From: Syntrophorhabdaceae bacterium
GTDB taxonomy: Bacteria; Desulfobacterota; Syntrophorhabdia; Syntrophorhabdales; Syntrophorhabdaceae
Assembly: GCA_963665295.1 (NCBI GenBank)
Contig: OY762209.1
Location: 3,680,001 to 3,744,000, forward strand
Reading direction: 5' to 3'
Length of the DNA stretch: 64,000 bases
Shown: positions 41,159 through 49,783 of the stretch, piece after piece
How positions within the stretch are numbered: the stretch's first letter is position 1
Layout of the letters: each line of letters opens with the position of its first letter
The notes under the pieces: model-generated
What the model was told of the DNA's origin: nothing
Database searches by the model: none
What the model saw: the letters and a program-made list of their open reading frames with translations, nothing else
Program-made: the position numbers and the translations under genes

Positions 41159-42300
41159 GTTTCCCCTTTTATGGTTTGTGGCTCATCGGTCTTTTCTGCC
41201 TGCATAATAGTTTTTGTCTTCTTGAGTGAACGGCCTACTTGAGCAGAGATGTCCTTGGCGGAAAAACCCATGGACTTCAATTCGAGTACCGCTTTTGGGA
41301 AAATGTCATCGTCATAAATCTTCCAAGCACGTCTCGATATTGCATATACGGCGCCACATACATCGTACTCACTTACGACAATTCTATCGCCGAGATCTAC
41401 CCCCTGTTCTTGAAGTATTTCTCTCGTAAGCCGTATTCTCTCCCCCTCATTCTTGGCAAACTTAAACCTGCTATCCACAGCTACGATTCTGGCGCATTTT
41501 GTTTGATCGTCTTCGGAAACTTCTATATCGCCGTTGTCGTCTTCCTCGTCGTTATCGTCTGTAGCTGGAATTTGGGTTGATTTCAGGAATTGGTCATCTG
41601 ACCAGGCAGACCAGTTTCCATTCTCGTCTTGGTAGCGCATCCGGTAATAGTAGAGATAGCCGCCTGGTTCCAGTAAGTTTTCGGGGGTTCCATGGGCTAT
41701 TTTTTCATCGACAATGCCGGAATCGTAAAGAGGTTCTTCATCCCAGGTTTCCTGAAACGCAGAGCGCACCTGCCATTGAGTATGTGACACATGGTGCTCA
41801 TAATCGTCCGGAAGATCGAGGTACGACGGGTGCGTTAAGACGTAACTACAGTCATCGCACGAGGAGACAAGCAAATGATAGATCCAAAAGACAGCATTTA
41901 TGTTGGCGAAAGAGACAGGAGTCTTGCTGTGAACATATAGAAAGTAAGTGGCGACAACCAAAGGTTGTATGTCCTTTATGCCGTGGCCGAAAAAGCAAAC
42001 CATATCGTCCTTCTCCAAAGGACTATCGCAATATATAAGAGCATCAACCGGATTGCCCCCAGGGAGAATGACAGCTATTGCATCATAGGAATCTGCCTCA
42101 TTGTATATCGGCGAGCCATCGGAACCTCTTTTGAGAGGGCAACAGATGGCATCTATTGATTCATCAGAGGTCTCCAGATGATCCTTTAAGGACGACACCA
42201 CCTCGTCCAAGGCCATGTTATCCTCATAAACACGGTGGAGTAGGTAGGTTTCAAGGCGAAGAAGAATGAGTTTTCTTTCCAGAGAATCAGACTCTTCCAT
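41155..42300 (-). CDS. paralog of the phage neck/tail protein at 56646-57467 with an extra C-terminal HTH-bearing domain
   Basis: colinear similarity by eye, e.g. SHTQWQVR..PLYDSG..YYYRMRY..WSAWSD vs EKSQWRIR..PVYDSG..YFWHVRY..WSDWSE. Confidence 0.7.
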   Translation of the reverse strand: MEESDSLERKLILLRLETYLLHRVYEDNMALDEVVSSLKDHLETSDESIDAICCPLKRGSDGSPIYNEADSYDAIAVILPGGNPVDALIYCDSPLEKDDMVCFFGHGIKDIQPLVVATYFLYVHSKTPVSFANINAVFWIYHLLVSSCDDCSYVLTHPSYLDLPDDYEHHVSHTQWQVRSAFQETWDEEPLYDSGIVDEKIAHGTPENLLEPGGYLYYYRMRYQDENGNWSAWSDDQFLKSTQIPATDDNDEEDDNGDIEVSEDDQTKCARIVAVDSRFKFAKNEGERIRLTREILQEQGVDLGDRIVVSEYDVCGAVYAISRRAWKIYDDDIFPKAVLELKSMGFSAKDISAQVGRSLKKTKTIMQAEKTDEPQTIKGET

Positions 42301-42371
42301 ACAGCTTCAATCCGTACATCTTCCGATATTACGGGGTGTTTCTGTTTGTATCTTTCCAAACTTCACGTAGA

Positions 42372-42935
42372 TCACGTTCCCTTCCCGGCTCTGCCTGGCT
42401 TCCCGGAAGGGTTTCCAGATCCCAAGGTTTTTTCAAGGGCTTCAATCCTTCTATTCATCTCTTTTAGGTCTTTCTGGTATTTTATGGTACGCAGGAAAGT
42501 TGCGATATTGGCTTTCAAAGAGTCTTTCGTTTCCTGGTCTTCTGATGCCATGATTTCTATGAGTTGAGGCATTACCTCTTCAAGATCAGCGGGATAGCGC
42601 GTTGGGACTGACTGGGGTGATTGCGTCCTTTCGAGAATAATGACGGGCGCTTCAAGCGTATCTGTAATGTTGGGTGGAGGAAGGTCTTGCTGCAAGGATT
42701 TCCTCTCCTCCTCGCTAAATGGAAGAACTTCGTCAGGTAAGTATTTCCACCAAGGCTGTCTCAATACGTAGGCCAATCGGAGAAGAAACTTAGTTGATAC
42801 TCCTTTCTTATCTCTGAGAAAATTACTAAATTGGACGGAGGATACGCGTGCTTGCACTGCAACTTCACAATCGTCGTAACCTGAATTATCGACATCAGCG
42901 CGAATCGATAACAGTATTTCCTTACTCAATCTCAT
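42372..42935 (-). CDS. prophage repressor (CI-like HTH, no S24 peptidase domain)
   Basis: EVAVQARVSSVQFSNFL HTH; divergent from cro; flanked by operators. Confidence 0.75.
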   Translation of the reverse strand: MRLSKEILLSIRADVDNSGYDDCEVAVQARVSSVQFSNFLRDKKGVSTKFLLRLAYVLRQPWWKYLPDEVLPFSEEERKSLQQDLPPPNITDTLEAPVIILERTQSPQSVPTRYPADLEEVMPQLIEIMASEDQETKDSLKANIATFLRTIKYQKDLKEMNRRIEALEKTLGSGNPSGKPGRAGKGT

Positions 42936-42942
42936 GACTTAG

Positions 42943-43023
42943 ATAGTAAAGGGCAGCATCTGTTATGTCAATAAACTCAGGATTAAATTCTGCTTGACAT
43001 GACATTAATCTCTGGATTAAGAT
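42943..43023. promoter_or_regulatory. divergent PRM/PR-like promoters with two operators
   Basis: minus TTGACA(42971)-N17-TACTAT; plus TTGACA(42994)-N18-TAAGAT; ATAAACTCAGGATTAA 42971-42986, TTAATCTCTGGATTAA 43005-43020. Confidence 0.8.
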
Positions 43024-43030
43024 AAGGATT

Positions 43031-43234
43031 ATGAGACAAGTTGATATAGCGCACAAAACGGGCAAGTCATCAATGTTCATTTCGCTCTGTAGAAGAGGGA
43101 AACGGCATACCAGCGACAAATTCCTGGCCATCGAGTTAAGCAAGCTCACTGGGAAACCTCCAATAGAATTTATAAGCGAGAATTTCCGAGATGCATACCT
43201 AAAGGCATGGCCTGAATTGGGTAAGGCCGCATGA
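43031..43234 (+). CDS. Cro-like HTH protein
   Basis: MRQVDIAHKTGKSSMFIS HTH, 67 aa, divergent from the repressor. Confidence 0.75.
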   Translation: MRQVDIAHKTGKSSMFISLCRRGKRHTSDKFLAIELSKLTGKPPIEFISENFRDAYLKAWPELGKAA

Positions 43235-43484
43235 TCCGCATAGGGCCGCCGAGGAAGTATTATGAGACACCATAGTCTTTCCAAGGCAGTAAAGCCATCG
43301 CCGCAATGTATGGTGAGCGTGGAGACACTGTCTCGAGAGTGGTGCTTTGCCTCTTTGCTGAAGGCTGGCTTAACTGGAGGCGGATATTATGAGCCATAAG
43401 TTCCTTTTATGCTTAGGCGCCGCGGTCTTCATTATTCACCAGGTTCGACTTCATCGAATGTCAATAGGAGCGAATAAGAAGTCA

Positions 43485-43558
43485 TGACAACCCCTCCGTC
43501 ATATTGGATTTGTTGGTGCTCGCAATACCGATTCTTTCATGTGGCGGAGGGGTTGTCA
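43485..43558. repeat. 18-bp inverted repeat/hairpin
   Basis: TGACAACCCCTCCGTCAT ... GTGGCGGAGGGGTTGTCA. Confidence 0.75.
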
Positions 43559-43662
43559 AGATGTTGTGAGATTCGGTCATTGCAATGTGATATTACCTGC
43601 TTAGCACGTGTAGTTCAATCTTGGAAATTGTCTTACTACCGTCCACAGTGGAGGAAAAATAC

Positions 43663-44163
43663 GTGAAAAAACCAAAACAGATCACCATACCAAATCTGAA
43701 AGACCTCACCTATCTGCAAGCATTGACTATTGCTCACGAGTTAAGTCGTCTCTCGTATGAAGAAATAGCTGAGCGGATGGGTAAAGGGAGAGAGACGATC
43801 CATCGCTATTTCACAGACCCTGCTTATAACCCTCCCACAAGTCTCGTTCCCAAACTCTGTCGGGTGCTCGGAAACTATCTGCTCATCGAATGGCAGGCTG
43901 CGCAAGTAGATGGTTATCTGACATTTGAGACGGGTGTGACGGACCTCGGGGATGTTGTTGTGAAGATGGGAGAGCTGACCAAAGAATTTTCGGACGTGCT
44001 CAAGGAGGACGGGGAGGCTCGGAAGGATGGGGAGTATGACTCTGGCGAACTGGAACGCACGGAGCGAGAACTGGATCATCTGATAAAGAAGGGCATTGAA
44101 ACCAAGGATACAGTCAGATCAATGAGACACACTTTGGAATCGGCTAAAGTGACAGCAAGGTAG
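43663..44163 (+). CDS. phage regulatory CII-like protein
   Basis: EEIAERMGKG..TI.RY HTH, EFSDVL......DG.....E; GGAGG SD. Confidence 0.7.
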   Translation: MKKPKQITIPNLKDLTYLQALTIAHELSRLSYEEIAERMGKGRETIHRYFTDPAYNPPTSLVPKLCRVLGNYLLIEWQAAQVDGYLTFETGVTDLGDVVVKMGELTKEFSDVLKEDGEARKDGEYDSGELERTERELDHLIKKGIETKDTVRSMRHTLESAKVTAR

Positions 44164-44285
44164 AGAGCGATGACGACTTGCCAGCGGGAAGCGATGAGGA
44201 TTGAAAAAGAAGCATGGGAATTAATCAGGCAGGTGGCGATCTTTATCGAGAAAGTGAATGCGACTCTAAAATGAACCCAACGAAA

Positions 44286-44987
44286 TCATTTATAGCGCTT
44301 TTCCGCGATCCTTTGGGGAAGTACGAAGGCATACTCAAGAAAGATGCGGACAAAATTGATCATCTCGTCGGCTTGTTCCACCGTGGCATTGATTTCGTGA
44401 ATGGCTTGATTACCTTCCATACGGACTTGATGTGCCCAATCGGCAAGCACTCTGGTCAAGACGCCCTTTTGATGGAGATCGTTTATCCGATCTATGAGAG
44501 TCCTTCCTTCAGCCCCCAGACTGCCAAGGGCCATTTCGAGCGTGCTGCGGCATCCAGCGACGACCATGGATGGTTCAAGGCCCTGCCTCATGTGGTCCTG
44601 AAGATTCGTAAAGAGCTTTGCCGCCCTTTCGGGGATCGCCGGATGGTCAAAAGCATGTTGCGGCTCGGGGTACTGCTTCAGGAGCTTTGGTGCCGGGCCG
44701 TTGTAACGCTTGTCGAAGCCGGCGCATTTGCGAATTTCTTCAAGTTGCGAAAATGCGCAGGAGAAAAAGAAAAGCATTGGTTGATAACAGGTTGGACAGG
44801 CAGCGGTTCCATATGCCTCCATAATGTCGCCGACAGGAACGACGCGCGTCTGAATCGCTGGCGCGGTTTTCTTCGCTTCCTGGCGTGTAAGGATTCGCGA
44901 TTCATAAAAGTGGCTGAGGGGAAACGATTCAATGTTGCCGCAGTTGGGACACTCTGTCTTGAAAAAGAACATGCGAACCTCCGCCAA
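44286..44987 (-). CDS. DUF4145 (HEPN-like) domain protein with N-terminal Zn ribbon
   Basis: CPNC/CPTC, CRSTLE, LIDRINDL, VR.EGN.AIH. Confidence 0.85.
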   Translation of the reverse strand: MAEVRMFFFKTECPNCGNIESFPLSHFYESRILTRQEAKKTAPAIQTRVVPVGDIMEAYGTAACPTCYQPMLFFFSCAFSQLEEIRKCAGFDKRYNGPAPKLLKQYPEPQHAFDHPAIPERAAKLFTNLQDHMRQGLEPSMVVAGCRSTLEMALGSLGAEGRTLIDRINDLHQKGVLTRVLADWAHQVRMEGNQAIHEINATVEQADEMINFVRIFLEYAFVLPQRIAEKRYK

Positions 44988-45456
44988 GGGCGATTATGAA
45001 AACATACAACGGTTTGACTTTGGTTATAAACAAGATTGACGAGATAGTCAACAGACTAAGTCCAGGCTCAGGCGTCATGCGGCTGAATCCGGACGAAGCG
45101 GGAGAGCAACTGTCCGGACTGACTCAATATACAGAAAACGTGATTCTAATCGAGGCGCTATCCAGGAGTCTCATCATCGAACACATGAGACATATGTATC
45201 ATCAGCCAAAACCCCATGACGGCGAACAAACATGACAGGCCACTGCTGCCCTTATTCTCACTACCCACAATGTGAAATAAGGGCTTATCCCGTACCCGTG
45301 CCGGGGTACCTCCTTTTGATGATCTCGCGCCCAGGATTGCAATTGTGGGAGGGCTTGCAATATCGGCTATCCGACAAAAAAGGTCGAAGCCTCTTCAGGA
45401 GGAAGGACGTTGAGGGGGCGAGGGGATGAAGAAATATCCCACGATGAGGAAATAAG

Positions 45457-46512
45457 GTGTCGAACCCGCAAGCCGAAGACGGCCATGTAGACATAGCGAA
45501 CGAGGTCATGGACGCTCTATGTCGGATACGAATACCGGGAGAGGCCCGGCAAATTCTTGATTTCATCATCCGGAAAACATGGGGATGGAAGAAGAAGGAG
45601 GACGCAATACCATTGAGCCAGTTTGAAAAAGGGACCGGGCTAAAGAAGACTCATGTTCTCAAAGCGGTATATAAACTCCAAGAAATGAATTTAATCATTA
45701 CCCAAAAAGGTAACGGAATCGTAAGATACGGGATTAATAAGGATTATGATAGTTGGAAACCGTTACCCAAAAAGGTAACGGAAAAAGTCAGGGTATCCAC
45801 GTTAAAGCCTTTCTGCTACATATGTGGCTTTGAAGACGCAGTAGAGCGACATCACATTATCCCCCGGAATGAAGGAGGTTCCAATAAAATCAGCAACATT
45901 GTAAGCCTATGCCCAAATTGTCATACTCTTTCCCACCGAGGAAAATATGATAGGGATATGCTGTTCCTCAAAAAGGTAACGGTTGAAAGCATTACCCAAA
46001 AAGGTAACGTGATTGAAGAAAACAGCAAAAAACCGTTACCCAAAACAGTACCCTCAAAAGACACTACAAAAGACACTACAAAAGACAAGAGCATAGGCAC
46101 AGGGGCCCCTGTGCCATGCCCGCATCAGGAAATTATTGCTTTGTATCACGAAATACTTCCAGAGCTTAACCGGGTGGTGGAGTGGACGGAAGGCAGGCAG
46201 AGCTTTCTGCGCACCAGATGGAAAGAGAAAAAGGAGCGCCAAAGCCTGGATTGGTGGCGAGGATATTTTCGCCTCGTAAGCGAATCCGACTTTCTCACGG
46301 GTAAAGCGAAGGGATTCAAAGCCGACCTGGAATGGCTTGTGCGGCCGTCGAATTTCATCAAGGTCATTGAGGGTCGCTACAAGAACAACGGGGTTGGGCC
46401 GCCAAACCAGCCGCCTGCCGCCGAGTCGGACGCAGACCGCAGACTGAGAGAAACGAGGGAGGATTATGAGCGTCGTAAAAATCGTGCATTGGAAAACACT
46501 GGTGGGGGCTGA
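45457..46512 (+). CDS. lambda O-like replication initiator with an internal HNH domain
   Basis: PQAEDGHVDIANE, IIRKTWGW.KK.D.I..SQF, GINKDY..W; CYICG..HHIIP..GGSN..N...LCPNCH; C-terminal FKADLEWL....NF.KVIEGRY. Confidence 0.85.
   Translation: MSNPQAEDGHVDIANEVMDALCRIRIPGEARQILDFIIRKTWGWKKKEDAIPLSQFEKGTGLKKTHVLKAVYKLQEMNLIITQKGNGIVRYGINKDYDSWKPLPKKVTEKVRVSTLKPFCYICGFEDAVERHHIIPRNEGGSNKISNIVSLCPNCHTLSHRGKYDRDMLFLKKVTVESITQKGNVIEENSKKPLPKTVPSKDTTKDTTKDKSIGTGAPVPCPHQEIIALYHEILPELNRVVEWTEGRQSFLRTRWKEKKERQSLDWWRGYFRLVSESDFLTGKAKGFKADLEWLVRPSNFIKVIEGRYKNNGVGPPNQPPAAESDADRRLRETREDYERRKNRALENTGGG
45698..46088. repeat. replication origin iterons
   Basis: TTACCCAAAAAGGTAACG at 45698, 45763, 45992; variants at 45964, 46036; CAAAAGACACTA tandem at 46055-46088. 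Confidence 0.85.
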
Positions 46513-46921
46513 CTTTATCAGGCAATTCGAGGATATAGAGAAGTCTATTGCTGAAAAGGAGTGGGTAGGCTTGCCCACGGAAACGATTATGAAAGACGTT
46601 CGCAAGGCGGTAGGGCCGGACATATTTGAGGAATGGGCCAAAAAACGGGCTCAGCTGAGGTTTTGCGGATACGAGATCGAAAATAAGCTTTATTACCGGA
46701 CGGGATGGTATGAACCGGGTATTGACTCAGGGGAACTGTATTTTCGGGCCATTGTCCGGGATCCCGCAGGCGCGATCCTGCAGTTCGTGAGCCTTGAATC
46801 TCACCATGCCGACCAAGACGTGGTGCGAAGGATAGACGAGCAATATTGTGAAGCCTCAAAAACAAAAACATATCGCCTGGTGAAGAATACGACGCGGGCG
46901 GTAGGGGAGATTAGAGCATGA
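46466..46921 (+). CDS. phage hypothetical protein (start uncertain)
   Basis: follows the initiator in the operon. Confidence 0.5.
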   Translation: MSVVKIVHWKTLVGADFIRQFEDIEKSIAEKEWVGLPTETIMKDVRKAVGPDIFEEWAKKRAQLRFCGYEIENKLYYRTGWYEPGIDSGELYFRAIVRDPAGAILQFVSLESHHADQDVVRRIDEQYCEASKTKTYRLVKNTTRAVGEIRA

Positions 46922-47175
46922 GTGCCAAAAATACGGCGAAATTCAGGGCAATGTATGTGACCTGGAGCGCAGGATAACGGATCAACGCCGGGGATTATAC
47001 GGGATTTACAAGGGGCGTGTCGGGACCAGTGGGGGAAGCAGACCGCAAGGCCGAGGAGGATATGGAAAGATGGGAAGTGGGGTCAGATCGGAGATGAAAT
47101 TGGTAATAGAGCCAACTATTGAGGAAATTCAAATAGTTGAGTTGTTCGATAAATTCGTACAACTGAATTGGTAGG

Positions 47176-47613
47176 ATGAAAAGGAGGAGCATGGAAACGA
47201 CAAAAATGATTGGAGACTATTACCCTGGACAGTTGAGCTACCTCGGACAAAACCGCAAAGCGAATCAGCACACCGAGGAAAAAGAAATGCACGTCTGTCG
47301 GAAATGCGGTGTCGAATTCGAGCGAACTATCACATCTGCCCGCGAGTTATGCGGACTCTGCTGGAAAGAGGGCAACACCGAGACGAGGAAGAAAGCTGCC
47401 GCAGGCCTTGTGCTCATAAAGTCGGAGATCCTGCAAGAATACATGGACCGGAGGGGGAGAAACACAACCCGCATTGCGGGATTGATAGGAGTAAAGCCCC
47501 GCGCTGTGAGCGATTGGCTGAAGGGCGGCCGAGCCCGGATGTCGAGTGTGATGAAGCTGGCGGCGCTGATGGGCGTGGACGGAGAAAAGCTTATACAGGA
47601 GGAAAGCAAGTGA
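47176..47613 (+). CDS. Zn-finger plus XRE-type HTH protein
   Basis: CRKC..CGLC; IAGLIGVKPRAVSDWLKG. Confidence 0.7.
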   Translation: MKRRSMETTKMIGDYYPGQLSYLGQNRKANQHTEEKEMHVCRKCGVEFERTITSARELCGLCWKEGNTETRKKAAAGLVLIKSEILQEYMDRRGRNTTRIAGLIGVKPRAVSDWLKGGRARMSSVMKLAALMGVDGEKLIQEESK

Positions 47614-47806
47614 TAGATGATCTATCGGGTTATGAGAAAACAACGATCCCCGGGATGCTCACGTGGCACTTCGGGCGCAAGGAGGAGCGTGGGTACCGGA
47701 CGCTGTGCGGTTTGCAGCTGGTCAATCGGACTGTGGCGTATCGGGACCGGGCGTGCGTGGTGTGCCAAGCGAAGGCGCGGGAGATCAAGGAAGAGGAGGT
47801 TAGAGC

Positions 47807-48523
47807 ATGAAGATAGGCACGAAAAGCATTCTCTTCGGAGCCCACCAATTTATGATTCATCCTTGGTTCGTAGCGGCGGCATGGTGGAAGCTCTACGGGT
47901 TCCCGTGGGACCCTCGATTGTGGGTCGCATTCTTCGTTCACGATTTCGGCTATTGGGGCAGCCCCAATATGGACGGTCCCGAGGGAGAGGAACATGTGAG
48001 GTTGGGAGCGACGGTTATGGGTAGTCTCTTCGATCCGAGCAGGCCCTTTTTCATGAGACGATGGTACACGCGCCTCATCGGGAGCGTCTGCAACAAACTT
48101 TGGGGCGACGGTCAGAGGTACAACGAAGCCCCCGATCAGGCCCTGTTTACCTGGTACTGCTTCTGTTTCTACCACTCCCGGTTCATAGCGAAGAGATATA
48201 ACACGAGCGTCTCAATGCTCTGCTATGCTGACAAACTCGCTATAGCCCTTACTCCCTGGTGGCTTTATATCCCCATGACGACGCTGTCAGGAGAGATCAG
48301 AGAGTATATGGCTTTGGCCGACACAAGGACGGCTGCAGGGGAGCCTAAATACGCCTCGATGAACGTCTACAGCAGCGAAAAAAGGCAGTGGTATGCGAAT
48401 GTCCAGGAGTATCTGAGGCAGTGGGTAGAAGAACACAAGGGCGGTAAAGAGGATACCTGGACGCTGGCATCGATGTCAAGTAAACCGCAGTCTGATGCTA
48501 ATTTGTCAAGTGGAGGATTATAA
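47807..48523 (+). CDS. phage HD-like hypothetical protein
   Basis: MKIGTKSILFGAHQF..HP, VHDFGYWG.PNMDG.EG..H, YHSR, ADKL. Confidence 0.7.
   Translation: MKIGTKSILFGAHQFMIHPWFVAAAWWKLYGFPWDPRLWVAFFVHDFGYWGSPNMDGPEGEEHVRLGATVMGSLFDPSRPFFMRRWYTRLIGSVCNKLWGDGQRYNEAPDQALFTWYCFCFYHSRFIAKRYNTSVSMLCYADKLAIALTPWWLYIPMTTLSGEIREYMALADTRTAAGEPKYASMNVYSSEKRQWYANVQEYLRQWVEEHKGGKEDTWTLASMSSKPQSDANLSSGGL
48469..48516 (+). repeat. copy B of the dispersed ~45-bp element
   Basis: ATCGATGTCAAGTAAACCGCAGTCTGATGCTAATTTGTCAAGTGGAGG. Confidence 0.6.
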
Positions 48524-48565
48524 ACATGCAGAACTGGCAAAAAGGACAGAGAAAAGGAGAAGAAT

Positions 48566-48955
48566 ATGTGGAATAATCCAGATCCAGCGAACAAGTACAG
48601 AAACAAGCAAATAGAGGTTGACGGCATCGTCTTTGACTCGAAGAAGGAGGCGGGAGTATATCAGGACCTCAAGGAACAGAAAGCCAAGGGACACATTAAA
48701 GACTTTCGACGGCAGGTTCGTTATGAGCTTGTCCCGGCGCAATATGTCGAAAGGGAAAAGCCCAACAAAAAGGGCGTCGTGAAGCTCACGCGAGTCTGCG
48801 TAGAAAAGTCAGTCGATTATGTGGCCGATTTCGTCGTGGAGTTTCCAGATGGAGAAATAAGCGTAGTGGATCCCAAAGGGAAGAAGACGAAGGACTACGT
48901 GATTAAGCGCAAGCTGATGCGGCACGTCCACGGCATAGCGGTCAAGGAGGTATAG
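48566..48955 (+). CDS. DUF1064 family PD-(D/E)xK nuclease
   Basis: NKY.NK...DGI.FDSKKEA..Y, RQV.YEL.P, YVADFV, D.KG..T..Y.IKRKL. Confidence 0.85.
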   Translation: MWNNPDPANKYRNKQIEVDGIVFDSKKEAGVYQDLKEQKAKGHIKDFRRQVRYELVPAQYVEREKPNKKGVVKLTRVCVEKSVDYVADFVVEFPDGEISVVDPKGKKTKDYVIKRKLMRHVHGIAVKEV

Positions 48956-49109
48956 AGCGGATGAAAATAAGGGGCACCGCCAGGCATTTTGCTGCAAGAT
49001 ATGGAGTATCGGAGACCATCAAGAAAAAGCCCGATCCGCACAAAGAAATGGACAAACCGCTTAAAGCAATTGAGTCTGGATTGCGCCATGAAACTATCAA
49101 GGTGGCGCG

Positions 49110-49538
49110 ATGAAGGAGAAGCACGAAGCTATGGCCGCAGCTCTTGCCTATCTCATGTGCCGGGAACTGTATTTGCTTGAACTTTCCGTGAATGGATATC
49201 GTCACTCTTCGGCGCCCGGACTGGAAGAGGTCATTGTGAAGAAGGAGCAAGAGATTGAGCGGGTTAGAGGTATTGTGGAGGACCTGAGCGCTGTTGATCT
49301 GGAGAAGACTACTGAAGGTGAAATCTCAATGGCCAGGGTGGTACGAGACATGGAGACCATCAAGGAGGCTATCGCGGTTCTCCTTGATGATGTTCTAAAC
49401 CGCTTAAGCGACAATCTGTTAATAGCTCAAGGGACGGACAGGCTGAATGAAGCCATGGCGAAGGTGAACAACGTAGATGATATTGTCGGGAGACTAAGGC
49501 GGGTGGCGCAGTCACAAGGAAAGGGGGATAGAACGTGA
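49110..49538 (+). CDS. phage coiled-coil hypothetical protein
   Basis: in operon, GTGA overlap with the next gene. Confidence 0.55.
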   Translation: MKEKHEAMAAALAYLMCRELYLLELSVNGYRHSSAPGLEEVIVKKEQEIERVRGIVEDLSAVDLEKTTEGEISMARVVRDMETIKEAIAVLLDDVLNRLSDNLLIAQGTDRLNEAMAKVNNVDDIVGRLRRVAQSQGKGDRT

Positions 49539-49783
49539 TGACGAACGGTGATCCTATCATTGCCCGGGATGATGACTTACTCATCGGCCGTAAGAGAATC
49601 TTGCACTTTCTGCAATTATCCGACTGGGAGGCCGTTGTGGCCCGAATTCAGAAGGAGGGTCTTCCTGTTGAGAAGGTGTGTGGCAGGATTGAGATGAGCC
49701 TACAGAAATACCGGACATGGAGGGCTAAATTTGAGCCCGGAAAGGGAATAATCGACAGAGGGAATAGTGGTGCAAAACAGTAA
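49535..49783 (+). CDS. small winged-helix DNA-binding protein
   Basis: LLIGRKRILHFL..SDW......EGLPV....GR. Confidence 0.55.
   Translation: MMTNGDPIIARDDDLLIGRKRILHFLQLSDWEAVVARIQKEGLPVEKVCGRIEMSLQKYRTWRAKFEPGKGIIDRGNSGAKQ

Noticed and set aside
42310..42440. Programmed frameshift extending the repressor (A6 run; alternative frame reads ..EGNVIYVKF..)
   Set aside because: The A-run is not in canonical slippery phase and there is no other support.
44214..44999. 261-aa plus-strand ORF in the direction of the operon
   Set aside because: The opposite strand has clear DUF4145 motifs and this frame has none; not called, though dual coding is not excluded.
45698..46088. CRISPR-like array
   Set aside because: Repeats are 18 bp, irregularly spaced and inside an initiator gene, so iterons; no cas genes.
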